Assembly (NCBI GenBank): GCA_964252035.1
Contig: OZ176200.1
Direction: 5' to 3' (one strand)
Length of the DNA: 64,000 bases
DNA from: Podarcis erhardii
Lineage: Eukaryota
Shown here: positions 37,326-51,319 of the stretch, piece by piece
Numbering within the stretch: the first letter of the stretch is position 1
Layout: each line of letters opens with the position of its first letter
The notes under the pieces: generated by a model
The model's input: only the letters and a program-made list of their open reading frames with translations
Databases searched by the model: none
What the model was told of the DNA's origin: nothing
Position numbers and translations under genes: made by a program

Positions 37326-38207
37326 TAGTGTACAACGTTATTAAAAAGGGTAAGTGATGAATTTTTAATGGACAAGACTTACGTAACGATTAAAAGAAAA
37401 GGTGGGGATCTCTGGCATGCTACATGTCCAACAGTTTCAGAAATGTATGTGAAACAGCAAGCGACGCCTCTGCCCTCATCTGCTGACATTTATAAGGCAA
37501 TAGCCACGAACACCAAAAATAATCATCAACAACTTTGTGCAGTTCTAGGCAATTATCGATTTATTAGGGAAAGGACAAAAGCACTAGTTCACAGGGAGGA
37601 AAAATGTGGACCTTAAGTCAAGAAATTAATTTCCCTTCTTGTTTTTCCAGTAAAATAAAAGTCTGAGATCACAGTTGGATCCCATTCATGAGACTGTCCC
37701 AAGAAAAGTAGACAATCCACTTTGATTTTTTCACACATATAATTGTTTTCAAAAGTCACAGTACAATTGCTAAACATTACGTAGTCTATTCTGTCCTGTG
37801 CAGTCACAAAACCTAGAGAACCTTGCAGCTGAGCAATCATAGCCTCTGTCACCCCCTATCTGAATGTGCACACACACAACTATAGCTCCAATGCTTTTCT
37901 CCAAGCTATCGCATGCCTTGTCATGAGGAATGCCAAGGGCTCCACAACCATAGGTTGTTAATGCTAAGTTATTACAGAGGTGACACTAGGGTGAGGACAA
38001 GCATGCTAAAGGCTGTAATGCCAGAATGGGATAGAATCTGGCTTACAGGAAGGAATGCATAAAGGCACCTGGATTCCATTTTCAAGTTCTTCATGAGTGC
38101 TCTGAAATCTAGGTAAAAGATTGCTACCCTCCACCCACCAGCTGCTAACTGAAAAATTCAGTGCATTACCCACACCTGAGAAAGAAAAATATTTTCATCC
38201 ATAAACC

Positions 38208-38562
38208 TAAAGGTAAAGGTAAAGGGACCCCTGACCATTAGGTCCAGTCGTGACCGACTCTGGGGTTGCGGTGCTCATCTCGCTTTATTGGCCGAATGAG
38301 CCAGCGTACAGCTTCCGGGTCATGTGGCCAGCATGACTAACCTGCTTCTGGCGAACCAGAGCAGCGCACAGAAACACCGTTTCCCTTCCCGCCGGAGCAG
38401 TACCTATTTATCTACTTGCACTTCATGCTTTCGAACTGCTAGGTTGGCAGGAGCAGGGACCGAGCAATGGGAGTTCACCCTGCTGCGGGGATTCAAACCG
38501 CCGACCTTCCAGTCGGCAAGTCCTAGTCTCTGTGGTTTGACCCACAGTGCCACCCGTGTCCC
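38208..38562 (-). mobile_element. Full-length Sauria SINE (Bov-B-type tail)
   Basis: Head gggacacgggtggcactgtgg...ggtttgaatccc, body cctgccaacctagcagttcgaaagca, 3' gagtcggtcacgactggac...(ACCTTT)n. TSD ATCCATAAACC (38197-38207) / ATCCATAAGCC (38564-38574). CpG-rich. Confidence 0.93.
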
Positions 38563-40360
38563 TATCCATAAGCCTACCTGCACCCTACCTGCACCCTAGG
38601 ACCTTCAATGGATGAAATATCAGTAATATATTTGTATATTGTATATTTTTCCTGGTACAGTATTGAGAAATGTTCCCTATTGCCATTAGAAGCAACAACA
38701 TAAATGGGTGTAGATGTGTAAAATCAACACTGTATGATATCCACAATCAGGACCAGAAAGAAAAATGTAGCTGACCTCCTTTAGTAAGCATAGTGACACA
38801 CTCAGTGAAGATGGGAGCAGGGCGTGGGTTGATTTAATCTTGGCCATTCCCTGCCTAAAACAACAAAGAATTTGGGGATTCTCTACATGTGTTAAGGTAA
38901 AATATAAACCCACAAAGACTCTTGATAGTGAAGCTCCCTGTGACGACTTATTCCCTCACCTAGGTGTAAATTAAAGATGGGGCATGATGGAAATGAAAAC
39001 TGTACTTTTATTAAGTAGCACTCAAAGAGGGATAAAAAGCATGGAAGTGTCACAATTAAAAGCACAGTACTTATTTTCTGTCAAAAATGTTGTTTCAGGT
39101 TGAAAGAATAACTGTACTTTTAATTATCCACAACAGAAGTGTTTCTATCAAAATTATCTCCTCCTAGAAAGGAGCGTTCCACTTTTACTCTTCCTGTAAA
39201 AGCACCTCTATCCCCTTTTGGGGACCTTTTCCTCAGGAAATTAAACAGGTTTATCCTGCCTACCAAATCTCTAAGCATACCTAGCTACTTCCGTAGCCAG
39301 GCCCTATCTGCCAGCAAAACTTCCAATTTTCTATTTGCCATCCATATTCTTCCCTGGTTGGCCGTTTCTCCTGCCTGTCTTAATTTGGTTAAGGATGAGG
39401 GGATGAGAGACCATCACAACCACACAGTTGTTGCGGGTGTTGTTTGTTTGTTGTGGCCACAACTCCCACCCCAAAGCAGCTATTTTGGGACAAGCACTCC
39501 CACCTTCACAATATTCATAATACGCCCACTGTTCTAAACAGACTGACAACCCCTGAACTAGACATTTTTTAAATAGCACATTATTCTCTCACAGTAGCTC
39601 TTTAGATAACCCTGTCTTCAAGCAAAAACTACATTAACTATAATAACAATGCTGAATATGGCACAACATCCACACAAAAAGATAAAAAAATACAGATGCA
39701 CAACATAATCCTTTCTAAAAAGAACACAGATCCTTACAAATTCTCACACTATGAGCCATAATCTTTCTAATACTGAGACAAGCTGAGCGCATTTCAAGCA
39801 TTTTCTGTCAGGAAACTGCAGCCCAGCCCCACTGCCTTCACACCCTCCCCTCACTTTCAGCCTCTCTACATGCAGAAATAAAGGCCGGAAACAAAAAGAT
39901 TAAGTCATAACTAGCTGCTCTCACCATAAATTTGTGGCAGGAGGTAAATATGTACCGCCGGCTTCCTACATAGCTGTTTGATTACATTAGGTTTCCTTTG
40001 CCCCAGTCAGAAAAAGAGGTGAAAGACGGAACTTAGATGCAGCCACTGTTTACAGCTTAAATTTATTATTATTTATTATTATAATTATTATAATTACTAT
40101 CATTATTATAGTTCATTCCACAGCACTGCAATGTGGATTTTTGCTACTGTTTTGTATTGTATTGTACTGTTTTGTATTGTAAGTCCCTGCTTGGCCCAAA
40201 CATATATTAGAAAACTCGGCAAAAATGTTGCTAGAAATTTTATTATCCTGGTTACTTTACACCCACAAGGTAGGACAACTAGTTGCAAAAGGGACAAGAA
40301 TATCTCTACCTTTAACAATGGGAAAGACAAAAGCATTTCAGCTGATTTAGCTTCACTCAC

Positions 40361-40412
40361 CTCTGTATGACAAGCTGCATGCAGCTTTCAAAAATTTCCC
40401 ACTTCCACACAA
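40361..40412 (-). other. Candidate MYLK 5' exon, 52 nt
   Basis: ctcctcctgtacccttacag|TTGTGTGG...ATACAGAG|gtgagt: good pyrimidine tract and consensus donor on the MYLK strand. No transcript evidence. Confidence 0.4.
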
Positions 40413-42421
40413 CTGTAAGGGTACAGGAGGAGCCTTAGCTTGCCTTGGCTTATTGAGAGAGCCAGCGTAATCTGCTCAGCTGCAGAGCACAAAGGAATCA
40501 AGTGCTCTGAGATTAGAAGATATCTGGAGGGGTGGCCCATCCCATTTAGCTACCAAAGGCAAAACAGGAAATGCTGCCCTCTGCTCCCCCACTGCATCCC
40601 CCCACTTCTGACAGTCACACCTCAGTTCTTGCTGAGCTTGATGGGAGTCAGGGTGACCCTCAGAGCATTGCTGCCCACTAGGCTTCTCTGCCCATGGGTA
40701 GGAGAGACGAACAGCAACACTGCACATCTCCCCCTTGGTGGTGGAGCGATGCCTTTTGCACTTCTGCCATCTGAGGTGGGCACTTCATCCTGCCTCATGG
40801 GTGTGCCATCTCTACTAATCTGACACTCCACCCTCTGACTCTGAAAGCAGCATCCGTTCCCCAATTAGGATTGCCAGTAAATATATCATTCTTAAAAGGT
40901 GCGCTTTTAAACATCTGCCTCATAAAAAGTACCCCGATACTACACATTGTAAATGATTCCAGACTCTCTTTTGAGGCATACCAAACGCCCATCTTCTCTC
41001 TGCCGCAATCCCTTCTTAGCACACTTCTTTATGCTAATCAGCCAAACAATTGAGTGTTGCACTACTTTAGGTAAGGTCAAATGACTGCCACCTGGTGCCT
41101 TGTCTGCCTAAGCGCTATTTTGTACAGCTCTACTAGGATTAGTAACAAGGAAAGGCTCCCCTCGCAAAACTTGTGTGGTTTATTCCAGCGCAACCTCAAG
41201 AAAGCCACCTTCTTTCCCTCCCTCTGGACTGCAATATAAAATGTAATTAAGAACATTTACTACTAGAGTTGCCAAGCTAAAGCCTGGAGACTTGTCTTTT
41301 ATCTATAAAACTGCTGCTGAATCAAGGGACACAACAATCTCTCAATTATTTTTCCTCAGCTCTTCAACATGCCAGATTCATACATGGATTTAGAGGGATA
41401 GGAAGAATCTCCAAGTTGCAATACTATTAACCACTTCAGAGGTTTTTATGGAGTTATAGCAGAAGAATTTACAACTTGCTTTCGAGTAACATGTCTGTAA
41501 GGAAGGTGCAACGCCATAACACATCCTGCCAGTGTTAGGGTGACAGGCTTGTGGAAATATAGATTTATTTATTTTTTAAAAAATTAAGTATATAGCTGAC
41601 AAGTAATAATAAAAGTTGTAGGAAGGGCCTTGAAAGCATGTTTTCACCCATGTTTGTAAAAACTCAGAATGCAGCAAGTAAGTAATCTTTGGTGCAATTT
41701 CAGGGCCCCTTGTTAGGAATCGACCATTATACATACAGATGTATGCACTGTATTATAATCTTTCTAAGAATCTAGTGGTCTCGTGCACAGACCCCATCAC
41801 TCTTCAGAGAGCAGAATTGTAGTCTAGGAATGCAGCTATACATACCTGTCAATTCCGTGCTTTGGCAGAGACACAGCTGATTTTAAAAGTAGCATGGTGC
41901 CAAGTCTATCAGGCGCCACCACTCTTTTCATCTCCAATTTTCAATTTTAGATACCATTTTTTAACATTGCTGCACATGCACAGACTTTTTTAAACAAGAA
42001 AATAAATGTAGGTAAACAAAGGTGGTTATACCCAATGGGGCTGAAGAACAACAGAACTCATTCTCTGTTTTTCTAACTGGAAACTGTGGCAGGTATGGCT
42101 ACACTGCCCATGGCTTCCTAAAGAACGTATTTTCTTGCTCAATCTTATGTTGTAATTATATTCCCTGGGAGTAAGTTTTATTGAACTCAAGGACTTACTT
42201 CTGAGTAGACAATGACATGCGTAAGAACTCCACTATTAATATCTCTCTGCCAAGCCTGAAGTGGTTAAGATATTGCTGGATTTTTAAGTGCAAATTACAT
42301 GTATGTATTAATGTTGATTAAACCAGAGTTCTACATAAAGGTCAAATTAGATCCACTGAAACTAATGGGCCTACTTAGTCATGTTCATTCATTTCAGTGG
42401 GTCTATTCCAAATAAAACTTA

Positions 42422-42705
42422 GGGCTCATCCACACTTAACTTTGCTCCATGTTTTTAGGCACAGGTCTGGGCTTTCCATGTCCGCGTCCAAGCACTTTTA
42501 TTTTCCCCACTGCTTCCCCCATGAAAGCAAACAGCAAGTCACAGAAAACCTGAATGGCTGTTTGCTCCAATTCAGTGGTGCAGATTGGGTTTCCTGGGGA
42601 AAGTGGCAGGGCAAAAAGAAAAAGAAAAAGCTCTTGGACAAGGACTGGGAAAGTGTGGACCTGTGCCTGGGAAGCACAGGGCAAAAGGTAAGTGGGGGTG
42701 AGCCT
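42422..42705. mobile_element. Palindromic MITE, Harbinger-like (inference), containing hairpin core copy 2
   Basis: GGGCTCATCCACACTTAACTTTGCTCC...AGGCACAGGTC pairs with GACCTGTGCCT...GCAAAAGGTAAGTGGGGGTGAGCC. TTA lies next to both ends. Confidence 0.65.
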
Positions 42706-43619
42706 TTAGCTGAATACTACCCAGCTGAATAGTACTGTAAATGAATTTTAAACCAGGACATCCTTGCATGCCTAATCTGAAACAGCAGATTAGGAAGTAG
42801 CAAATCAAGTATTGACCAAAGAGGAGGAAAAAAGTACCGCTGCTAGCTTTAAAATAATTTTTAAAAGAGCAGATAAAATGTGAAGCACACTGCACATTTT
42901 TAAGACAATGTTCTATATTCAAGAGCTATTTTATAAAAGCAGAATGGAAATTGAAACAAGTGGGAGATCCATATGGTAAGCAGAACATGAGAATCCACAG
43001 GGAAGTGAGGAGGGAGTCGTAGGCATTTGTGGTGGCAAATACTCCAGCTGCATCAGAAACATATGTTATGATTCTACACCATGACAGAAGGAGGTAACAA
43101 TCTGTAGATGTTATAGGGCAATTTAAGTCTTAGTGATTATGCCGGATGTCCCATCTTATAATACATAGAATTTATTCTTAACTACGGAAAGGCCCATTGA
43201 ATACACACTTCTGGTGGTGGTTCTGTGTAGCTTCAGTCTTCCTTCTCCCAATACCATTTACCAGTTCCAGACTGCCTCCCTTCATGCTGTCTTTCCCAAG
43301 CAAACACCTGAGTTTCATGCAGGGACATGGGAAACTTTGCATTGGTTCCCTATGTCTCACCACAAAGTTAGATGTCATTTGAGATAGGATGGAAAATAGG
43401 CAACATTCCTTCAGTGCATTAATTTCTGCTTGTTGGTTACAGCAGCTATCTTGCTATCATTATGGTAGATTACTGTCATTATAATTTTTACAGACCAGAA
43501 ACTGAGCTTTAGGGTGCTTCTGGACTAAGCAAGGTGCATGATTTCTCAAAAGTAAGGCCACAGAGATCAGTGTGATTACCGTAACTATAAAGTGAGAGTG
43601 GGAGAATCTCAATTTCAGG

Positions 43620-43930
43620 TTATCTCATTTTCCAGTCTTTGCACTAAAAAAAAAATCCTCACAAAAATTTATCAGCATTTTAGTGTGAGTTTCCCCTAAT
43701 ACACATTTTTCTATGCAATTTGCCCTGATATCACATTTTTGCAAAACAATTTCCCCTAATTCAATGCAATTTTGTATATTATTTCCACTAATATATGCCA
43801 CTTTACGGCGATTATAAACATTTCTGTGCATATTGCTTCGCCAGAGAACTGCATTGCAAAATTCAAAGAAGTGTGAATTTCAAAAGATGGCTGTGTGGAA
43901 ACAAACTGAATTTCTCCTCCATCAGGTACA
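43620..43930. repeat. Interspersed repeat with degenerate internal subrepeats (tttcccctaat...atgcaat)
   Basis: At least four ttt(c/g)cc(c/a)ct(a/g)at units, then gaactgcattgcaaaattc...gaatttctcctccatc. Related pieces near 19810-19930. Confidence 0.5.
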
Positions 43931-45192
43931 TGTTTTCTAAGTGGCAATTCCACTCACACTTATTTTGAAGTAAGCCCTGGAGAACCTATTCCAAGTAAAT
44001 GTGCAGAGAATTGGCCCATAGGTTCCTCAGCATAGTAGCTGAAAACCTGGTAGTAAAATAGGCAATATCTTAAAGAAATAGTACCTGTCATGACAGCAGT
44101 TTGGGAGCTATTGCTAGAATGGTAGAAATGAACTAAAAGCAAGCATCACAGTTGACCTGACTTGTACAGGCATATAAAACCATCAAACACCAGTTTTATA
44201 TCTCTTTAACCATCAGTCTCTCTCCCAAAGTCTACTGGAAATTGTTAGTTGAGTGAAATGTGAGGTTTCCTAGGACAAGGGAATGACTATGAAACTAGCT
44301 ATAGTCTCTTGTGCAGATATGCTTTGGATGCCTACTTAAGGCTCTTTGGCTCAAAAATAATGCTAAGTGTTGTAAACTCCACCCTTAACTAATATACTGC
44401 AATTTCAGCAGATGTAGCTTGCACAACCACTATTAAAGGTGCAGGGATCCTGTCTCTTCATCAGCTGCCTTCCCTAGACAGACTGGACATTTGCAGGGCT
44501 GCATGAGTCCCAAAGTATGTGACAAACCAAATTCTCCAGTGGATAGGCCAGCTGGTTTCACAGTGAGTACACATGCAGGTGCGATAAAGGATAGGAGTGA
44601 AAAGGATAAAACTAACCCACAGACTCTTTACCTCTCCACAGGCACTCTCTTTTCTCCCAGCCAAAAACACTTCCTGTACTAAAGCTGTGCATGAAACATT
44701 TCAGGGAGGATTCTACTCTCCTCACCCATGTTGCTTTAAAAAATGCATCTCCTGCTTCTTATCCCTCCAAGGATTGGGATATATTAATGTATAAACGCTC
44801 AGATTTGTTGCCTTCCCATATAGTTCTGTCCTGACAGCTGGGTAGGGGGGGATGCAAACTGAGAACATTTAAATTCCAACTGCACTATATTAAGCCCAGT
44901 TGTTGTGTACAGACATGTAATGTCTGCAACTGCAAGCATCTCACTGCCATTTTTCATTATTGTAGAGAAAACTCACAAAGCAGGAACAACCTAAGTTTTG
45001 CTAAATCTCCTTATTATAACGGCACCCACCTAGAAAATATACCGTAATCCAACACCTTATGAAATCAACAATGATTTTACCATAAATGTCATGTTGTCTG
45101 AATATCTGATTTTAGAGAACTAACCCTCAAATCTTTTGCTTGGAGTCTTACAGCAATTCTGTAATTCACCCAATATGTCTACTTGCACTTAC

Positions 45193-45258
45193 CTCCATGT
45201 GCCATTACCCAGTTCATCTTGGAAAAAGATTCTTTGTCAGGATATTGTGTGATCTCAG
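45193..45258 (-). other. Candidate MYLK 5' exon, 66 nt
   Basis: ccttccccttttcttaaatatag|CTGAGATC...ACATGGAG|gtaagt: strong acceptor and perfect donor. No transcript evidence. Confidence 0.45.
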
Positions 45259-47909
45259 CTATATTTAAGAAAAGGGGAAGGTTCCTGAAGAAACTTGAAG
45301 TTCCCTATGTTTAAAGAGCTAATTTCATTTCCAACAGTTCTTGTAAGGTACATATATTCAAAACAAGTCAATGCCAGGGCAGATAACAGCACAGCAGGAG
45401 GACCAGTCTTTCTTGAACAAACTGAAATTTGCCACTGAGTATAGACTTGTTTTCAGCCTTGTAGTCAATGACTGTAAGCTCCATAAACTGCTTTAATAAT
45501 AGCACCACTAAGCTCTTAAATAGCACTTTCTACCCAACCCAGGGCCTTAAAGCCCTTTACACACAATAATGGATTAAACCTCTCAATGCCAGTTGAAAGC
45601 ATGCAGGGGGGGAGGCATTGCAACCTGCATTTCAAAGATATGGAAACCATGAGCTCTAGCATCACACTAGGGTACCCAAGTAAAAATGAAGGCATCTTTA
45701 ACTGTTGAAAGCCTTTAGGTAAGTATATTTGTTCCTTTGTGCATAAAGATGTTTCTGTTTGCTCTATAGGACTTAAGAGATCACATGGAACCAATTTGAG
45801 ATGCCCATGGACACATTCTGGAGCAACATCTGGAAGGCTGGAAGTGCATTTCTACCTATATCTGATCTCACTGGAACTAAGCCTAAGGTATGTCATGCTC
45901 ATCTGATAGCTATATGCAGGTAACCAGGTCAGGAGACTGGGTCACAGCACTGAAATAGTATCTAAGACCAATTGCTCAAGGTCATCACCACCTTTTTTGA
46001 TCAAGGCAAGGCTCCCACCATCTCTGTATAGAACTGTTGCCTCACCTCCTTTCAAATAAGTCATCCTAACCAGTTTCCATATTAGAAAGCATACTAGGTT
46101 GTGACTACTGGCTACCCACCTACCAAGTGTCATTCTCCACTAGAATAGTTGTACTTACGATGCTGCCAAGTATGACAGACAATTCACAAGGACAAGTTTC
46201 TCCACATAAACATGTATACAGTACAGGCAACTCGCATCATAACATGAGGGCTTGGTTCCAAGAATTGTGCTGATAGGTGTAACTTGTGTATAGCCAGAAT
46301 TACCCTAGCAGCTGCCCCACAGTGAGCTAGCTTGCCTTCTATAAGACAATCTCCTCACCCTAACCCTAAAACCAGGAAGGGCTTGAAGCAGGAAGAGTAG
46401 TGACGACTTCCGTGCAGGAGAAGTCTCAGGTTGTAGGCACACAACCATCAGGGGAGGGTATATAAGCTGGCAGGTGGGGTGGGGTCTCACTGTTACTACA
46501 ATTGCTCCACAGGGCGCAGATCTGTGGTGGACTGTTGCTTAGTGGCATGTGTGCAGGTGTGCATCCCAAGCACTGCCAGAGTTGCTGCAAGTGCTTCTTT
46601 TGTCAGTAAAGACTTAACTATCAGACATGTGCCTTCCGTAGCTGGGGTGGGCCAGGGCAATACATCTTCTCCAGGCAAGCAAAGAGGGCATGGAGCAAGC
46701 CAGTGAGGGAGGTGGCCCAGGTAGTCCCAATAACCTGCCTTGGATTAACAGAGTGTTTTCCATAAATTCTGCCCCTAGATGCACATACTACATCCTTTTA
46801 TCACTGGGCTCCCCATCCCCATCCTGCTGGGTTTAAGGGACTTCTCAACCCAAATTCACCAGCAGCAGCACACAATTTCTGGCTATGTACAGAGATTGAA
46901 AGCTCCCATATCAACCCACCCTAATTCATCTCTACTTCGATTAATTTGTTATCTGATTTGCAAAGAATACATCTGTCTAATTAAGAACTCCATATATGTT
47001 AGTACAGTAAGTTTTAACTTCACAAGTTGTAAGTAACTAGCAAGGTTGGCCCCCAAAGAGTTTTGAATCTGTTTTATATCCTTCCTTCATTCTGTGGGCC
47101 CAGTGCATTCTTTTCACCAAAGGGTCACCATTCAAGTAAGGCAGGGCTTCTCAAAGGCTTTAAACAACAAAAGCGATGTCCAGATGTTTCCAGTAAAGCC
47201 ATAGGTTAGATGTAGCAGGGCAGATTGTTCAGAAACAACATTAACAGGGCCTCTTCTGTTCTTTTGAATTTTGGATTCTGGACGTGACAGACAACACATA
47301 AGATGAGCTTTGTTCTGATAAAGTGGGGGATACAGATACATAAGGATGATAAAAGAGTGCAAGGAATAGATTTGGAATGCTTGGGTTTTGCAATCTGAAG
47401 CTTTTCTAGACAGCTGCTGAACAGAGTTAAGTCCCTGATACTGATGAAATTTAACATTTTACAAAATAATCGTGACTGTGTTTTTCCGCACTCCACTACA
47501 GAAAGATGGGTTACAAGTGCCATTCTGAGTTTTTGGATTGTGAAACCAATTTAAATGGGATTGTTTCACTTTATTCAACTGGATTTTCACTACATTTCAC
47601 TCCCAAATCAAAATTCTAAATCCCAGAAACCCAGTTTCCACAATCAGAGCAAAGTTGTGCTCATTGTTATGCATTGTTAGAAGATTTCATTTTTGAAATG
47701 AAATTTCATTTTCATTTTTGCTTATTTATTTAGCAACAGCAGTAATTTTGACTTTCATATATATTCCAAAATTAGTTGAAAGGCAGGGTAGGTAGCAAGG
47801 AGGCAGAGATAATTGGAGACACACACAGGGAATACTAACAGACGAAGGGAAGGTTTGCAGTGCCCTATTGCCCTACTGGCCAATAATGCCATAAGCTAAT
47901 GCCAGAGGT

Positions 47910-48125
47910 GGGATTCAAGATGACCTTAACAGATTGGAGAACTGGGCCAAAACTAACAAAATGAATTTCAGCTGGGATAAATGTAAGGTTCTACACTTAG
48001 GCAGAAAGAAACAGCTGCATAAATATAAGATGGGGGCATCTGGCTTGCCAGCAGTACATGTGAAAAGGCTCTAGGGTTCTTTGTAGACCACATGCCTAAA
48101 CAGTGTAATGCAGCAGCAAAAAAAG
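47910..48125 (+). mobile_element. CR1 reverse transcriptase fragment
   Basis: GIQDDLNRLENWAKTNKMNFSWDKCKVLHLGRKKQLHKYKMG matches the CR1 motif LQ.DL.RL..WA..N.M.FN..KCKVLHLG. Confidence 0.88.
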
Positions 48126-48129
48126 TTCA

Positions 48130-48302
48130 CATGTGCTTTAACCCCTTTTTGACTTATTGCTGATTTTAATTTTCTTTTGAATTTTTTTATTCTTGTTTTT
48201 AATTGTTTTTATTGCTAATTTAAATGTTACATTCTTTTTGTAAAATACTTAGAGGGGTTTTTTAACAGTCAAGTGGTATATAAATCTTGCTAAATAAATA
48301 AA
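48130..48302 (+). mobile_element. L2-type 3' UTR/tail abutting the CR1 fragment
   Basis: T-rich tract then ttgtaaaatacttagaggg...aagtggtatataaat...aaataaataaa. Confidence 0.6.
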
Positions 48303-48659
48303 CTGGACTCTGGACATACAGACACAGTGAGCAGAGTCTGGACACACACTAAGTCGCTTCCTGCTCTTCCTTGAAGGTTCGAAGGTGAAAGGTTCTACCA
48401 CTATCTCAGGCTGTTTTTCACACAACTAAACTGCTCTTATGACAAGTAAATGTTTAATATCCACTGTGAGCCTTTCGTCCCGCAGCTTAAGCCAATTTGC
48501 TTGTTGTCTTTTCCATAGCAGAAAGAATAAACAAAAGCTTTCCCCTCTTCTTCCTAACACCCTTTTTCATGTTAGATAAATGTCAACATCTCCATTCAAT
48601 CTTTTTGGTCGTAGGAAAAGCTCCACGCTTCCTGCAACTCCTCCCCACTTCCCTCTAGA

Positions 48660-48799
48660 CATGTCTTCTTCAACCTGGTACCCACTCCAGATGTTGTTGG
48701 ACTCTAGCTCCCATCAGCCCCTGCCAACATGGCCAATGGTCAGGGATGATGAGAGCTGTAGTTCAAAACACCTTGAGGGCATCAGGTTGGAGAAGACTG
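48660..48799. mobile_element. Older hAT-type palindromic MITE
   Basis: gtcttcttcaacctgg...caggttggagaagac ends. Interior ccagatgttgttggac...ctcccatc / gatgatgagagctgtagttcaaaacacc. Confidence 0.7.
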
Positions 48800-49084
48800 C
48801 TTGTCATTCCTCTGGGTCTCCACTGAATTCTTTCCCATTTGTCAACCGTCCTTCTTGAATTGTGATGCCTAGTTTTAATTTGTCTAGTTATCAAATAAAA
48901 TCCTGCTTGATAGGATACTGAAATATAGTGAAAGTAAAACTGCAGAATGTGTCTTCAATATTATATAATTTGCATTGAAATTATGTTACCTTTTAATAGA
49001 AAAATATTTTAAAATAAATATCAAGATGCTAGAGAACCACCTTGTCATGTCATATGACAATTTTAAATTTTAGATCAATGAACA

Positions 49085-49160
49085 GCACAATCCTATGCAT
49101 GTTTTACCCAGCAAAGTCAATGAGTTTTACTCCCTACTAAGTACGTTTAGGGTTGCAGCC
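49085..49160. repeat. Short palindromic repeat (gcacaatcctat...tagggttgcagcc family)
   Basis: Related copies near 42165-42205, 54625-54705 and 54995-55030. Confidence 0.55.
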
Positions 49161-51319
49161 AAATATTTATTCCCCCACTCAAAGCCATTACCAAATCTAT
49201 TGATTGTGCTAATTAATCATTAACTGCTCATACTTCATGGAGGTGACCAACTCCTGGGAAAGTACGAAAAAATCAATGAAAGTTACTATGAATCCCAGTG
49301 AAAAAGCCTGCCCACCTACCAACTGCACTATAGTTGAGAGAAAGATATTTGCATAAGAAAATTTTGTATCTTGACAGTAGAAAGAGAAGATACACAAAAT
49401 AGCAAGACCCGTGGACTCTTAATACCTTGCAGTATAAGTGCCAGACAAACCCGTTTAAATGAGCTAAAGAAGGTCATGCATTCCTAATTTTGATCACTTA
49501 GGTCAACAGGTTAGAATAAGAACAGAGACAGGTATGCATGCTGACATCATTATGGTAGGGATGTTCATACAATTCATTTATCAAAGTGCTCGTTCTGAGC
49601 GGCTTTGAAGAGACCATATGTATCACTGTGTCACAGTGGGAAACTGGTTTCTTGTCCATTACCGCATATTTTTCCTACTTCTACACTGCATGGCTGTTTT
49701 CCTTTACTAATGTTTCCTGCTTAAACTGATGTAGTACAAATTGCTATAAAGTTACCCTGAGAGGCCAATTGGCAGTAAAAAATCATCTTATTGTTTACCA
49801 ATATGATGTAAGAACACCAGTAAGAGGTACACATACATGTTTATATAAAGGCATTTCTGTAGATATATTTATATAAATATAGGTGCTATCAATAAGCATA
49901 GATGTGCATGATAAACCATGCAGAGTGAGAAATTCTAAGCAAGGTGGTGTTCACACTCACCTATTGGGGTTTGCACTTTCTATAACGCCTTCTACAAGCA
50001 CTGTAACCATGCTCGATAGACCTTTTCTAAAAGCACATAATGGCCAAGGAGGTGTTGCTCAGTACTGATTATATTAGCCACAGTTACCTCAATACTTTGC
50101 CAAACAGTACCCGGCTGCCTTGCCAAAATTACAGCTAAATGGCGACAAAGCCAATGGGAACAATCCCCATTGGCCTTAGATTGCCTTTAGATCAGAGCCT
50201 TGGCAAGGATTGCTAAGTATGTGTGTTGTGAGATTCTACCGTTAGGCACTAGCCATAATAATACTTTCCACATCTGTGGAAATTAGACACTTTTTGGAAA
50301 GTGTTTCCCTTCCACTGAATATGTTTTGACCAAAAGCTTTGCAAACTCTCATCATTTCAATTTCAAACTATGACGCCATTTTACCCAAGAGTTAGGGAGA
50401 GGGGGATAATACTCAAATAGGACTTAGTCACTCTTGATACAGAAATGAAGCAGATAATCCTTAAAGGTGGTTTCCTGTTGCAACCCGGGGAGGGGGGGGT
50501 GTTCTCTAAAGGCAGGTAATCCTTACTGTTAAAAGTTTGAATTAAACATTTTTGCAGTACTGTATAAGCGTACAATTAAAGGGACTGTTTTCCTTGACTC
50601 TTCTTATGATACACTACACCAGCCCCCAACAAATTGAGCAACACATTCAAAAGGGGTCAGGAACCAGAGAGGATGCCAGCAGAACTCTGCACGATATACT
50701 TAAGATAGAACATGTCATTCACCAGACAAAACGGCGTTTATTTCAACAGATCAAATGAGACAAGCCAAGAAACCCTTCAAATATCTCCAGGAGAAACACA
50801 TCTGTTATCCCACATGCATAAAGAATCTACTTGCATATTGTTCACGTTACATCTTCCTCTGAACTTGACGCAGGTCATTTTGAAACTATGCACTAAATAA
50901 AATACAAGTTTCCGAGATACAGACAAGGGCGTAATTTTGACCACATGTTTGCCAGGAATGCCAAGTCCTCAAAAAGGTGTTGCTGTTGTGCGTGTGTTTT
51001 TAATGTTAACTAAACAGAAATTGTTCTCTAGCTTTTTAAAAGTATTTCATAAGTTAAAGTGCTATTCACCTATAATAAAAATAGACAGCTTCAAATACAA
51101 ACCGTAGCTGTATATCTCAATTTTATGAAGTCATTATGTCAATAAATACTGAGTAGAAAATTTAAAATTTGAGGCAGATTTACCACTCCTAACTCCTAGT
51201 GAGGCAGGCTGCGTTCCTATTAATATGCCTCTTTAGGGTAACCTCTCCCCCTCCCTTAATGCTGTTTTTCACCAGCAATTGATATTTAGTGGCGTATACT
51301 GCCTCAGGACATGGAGCAA

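Noticed and set aside
38208-38562. CpG island / MYLK promoter
   Set aside because: The CpG richness is explained by a young Sauria SINE.
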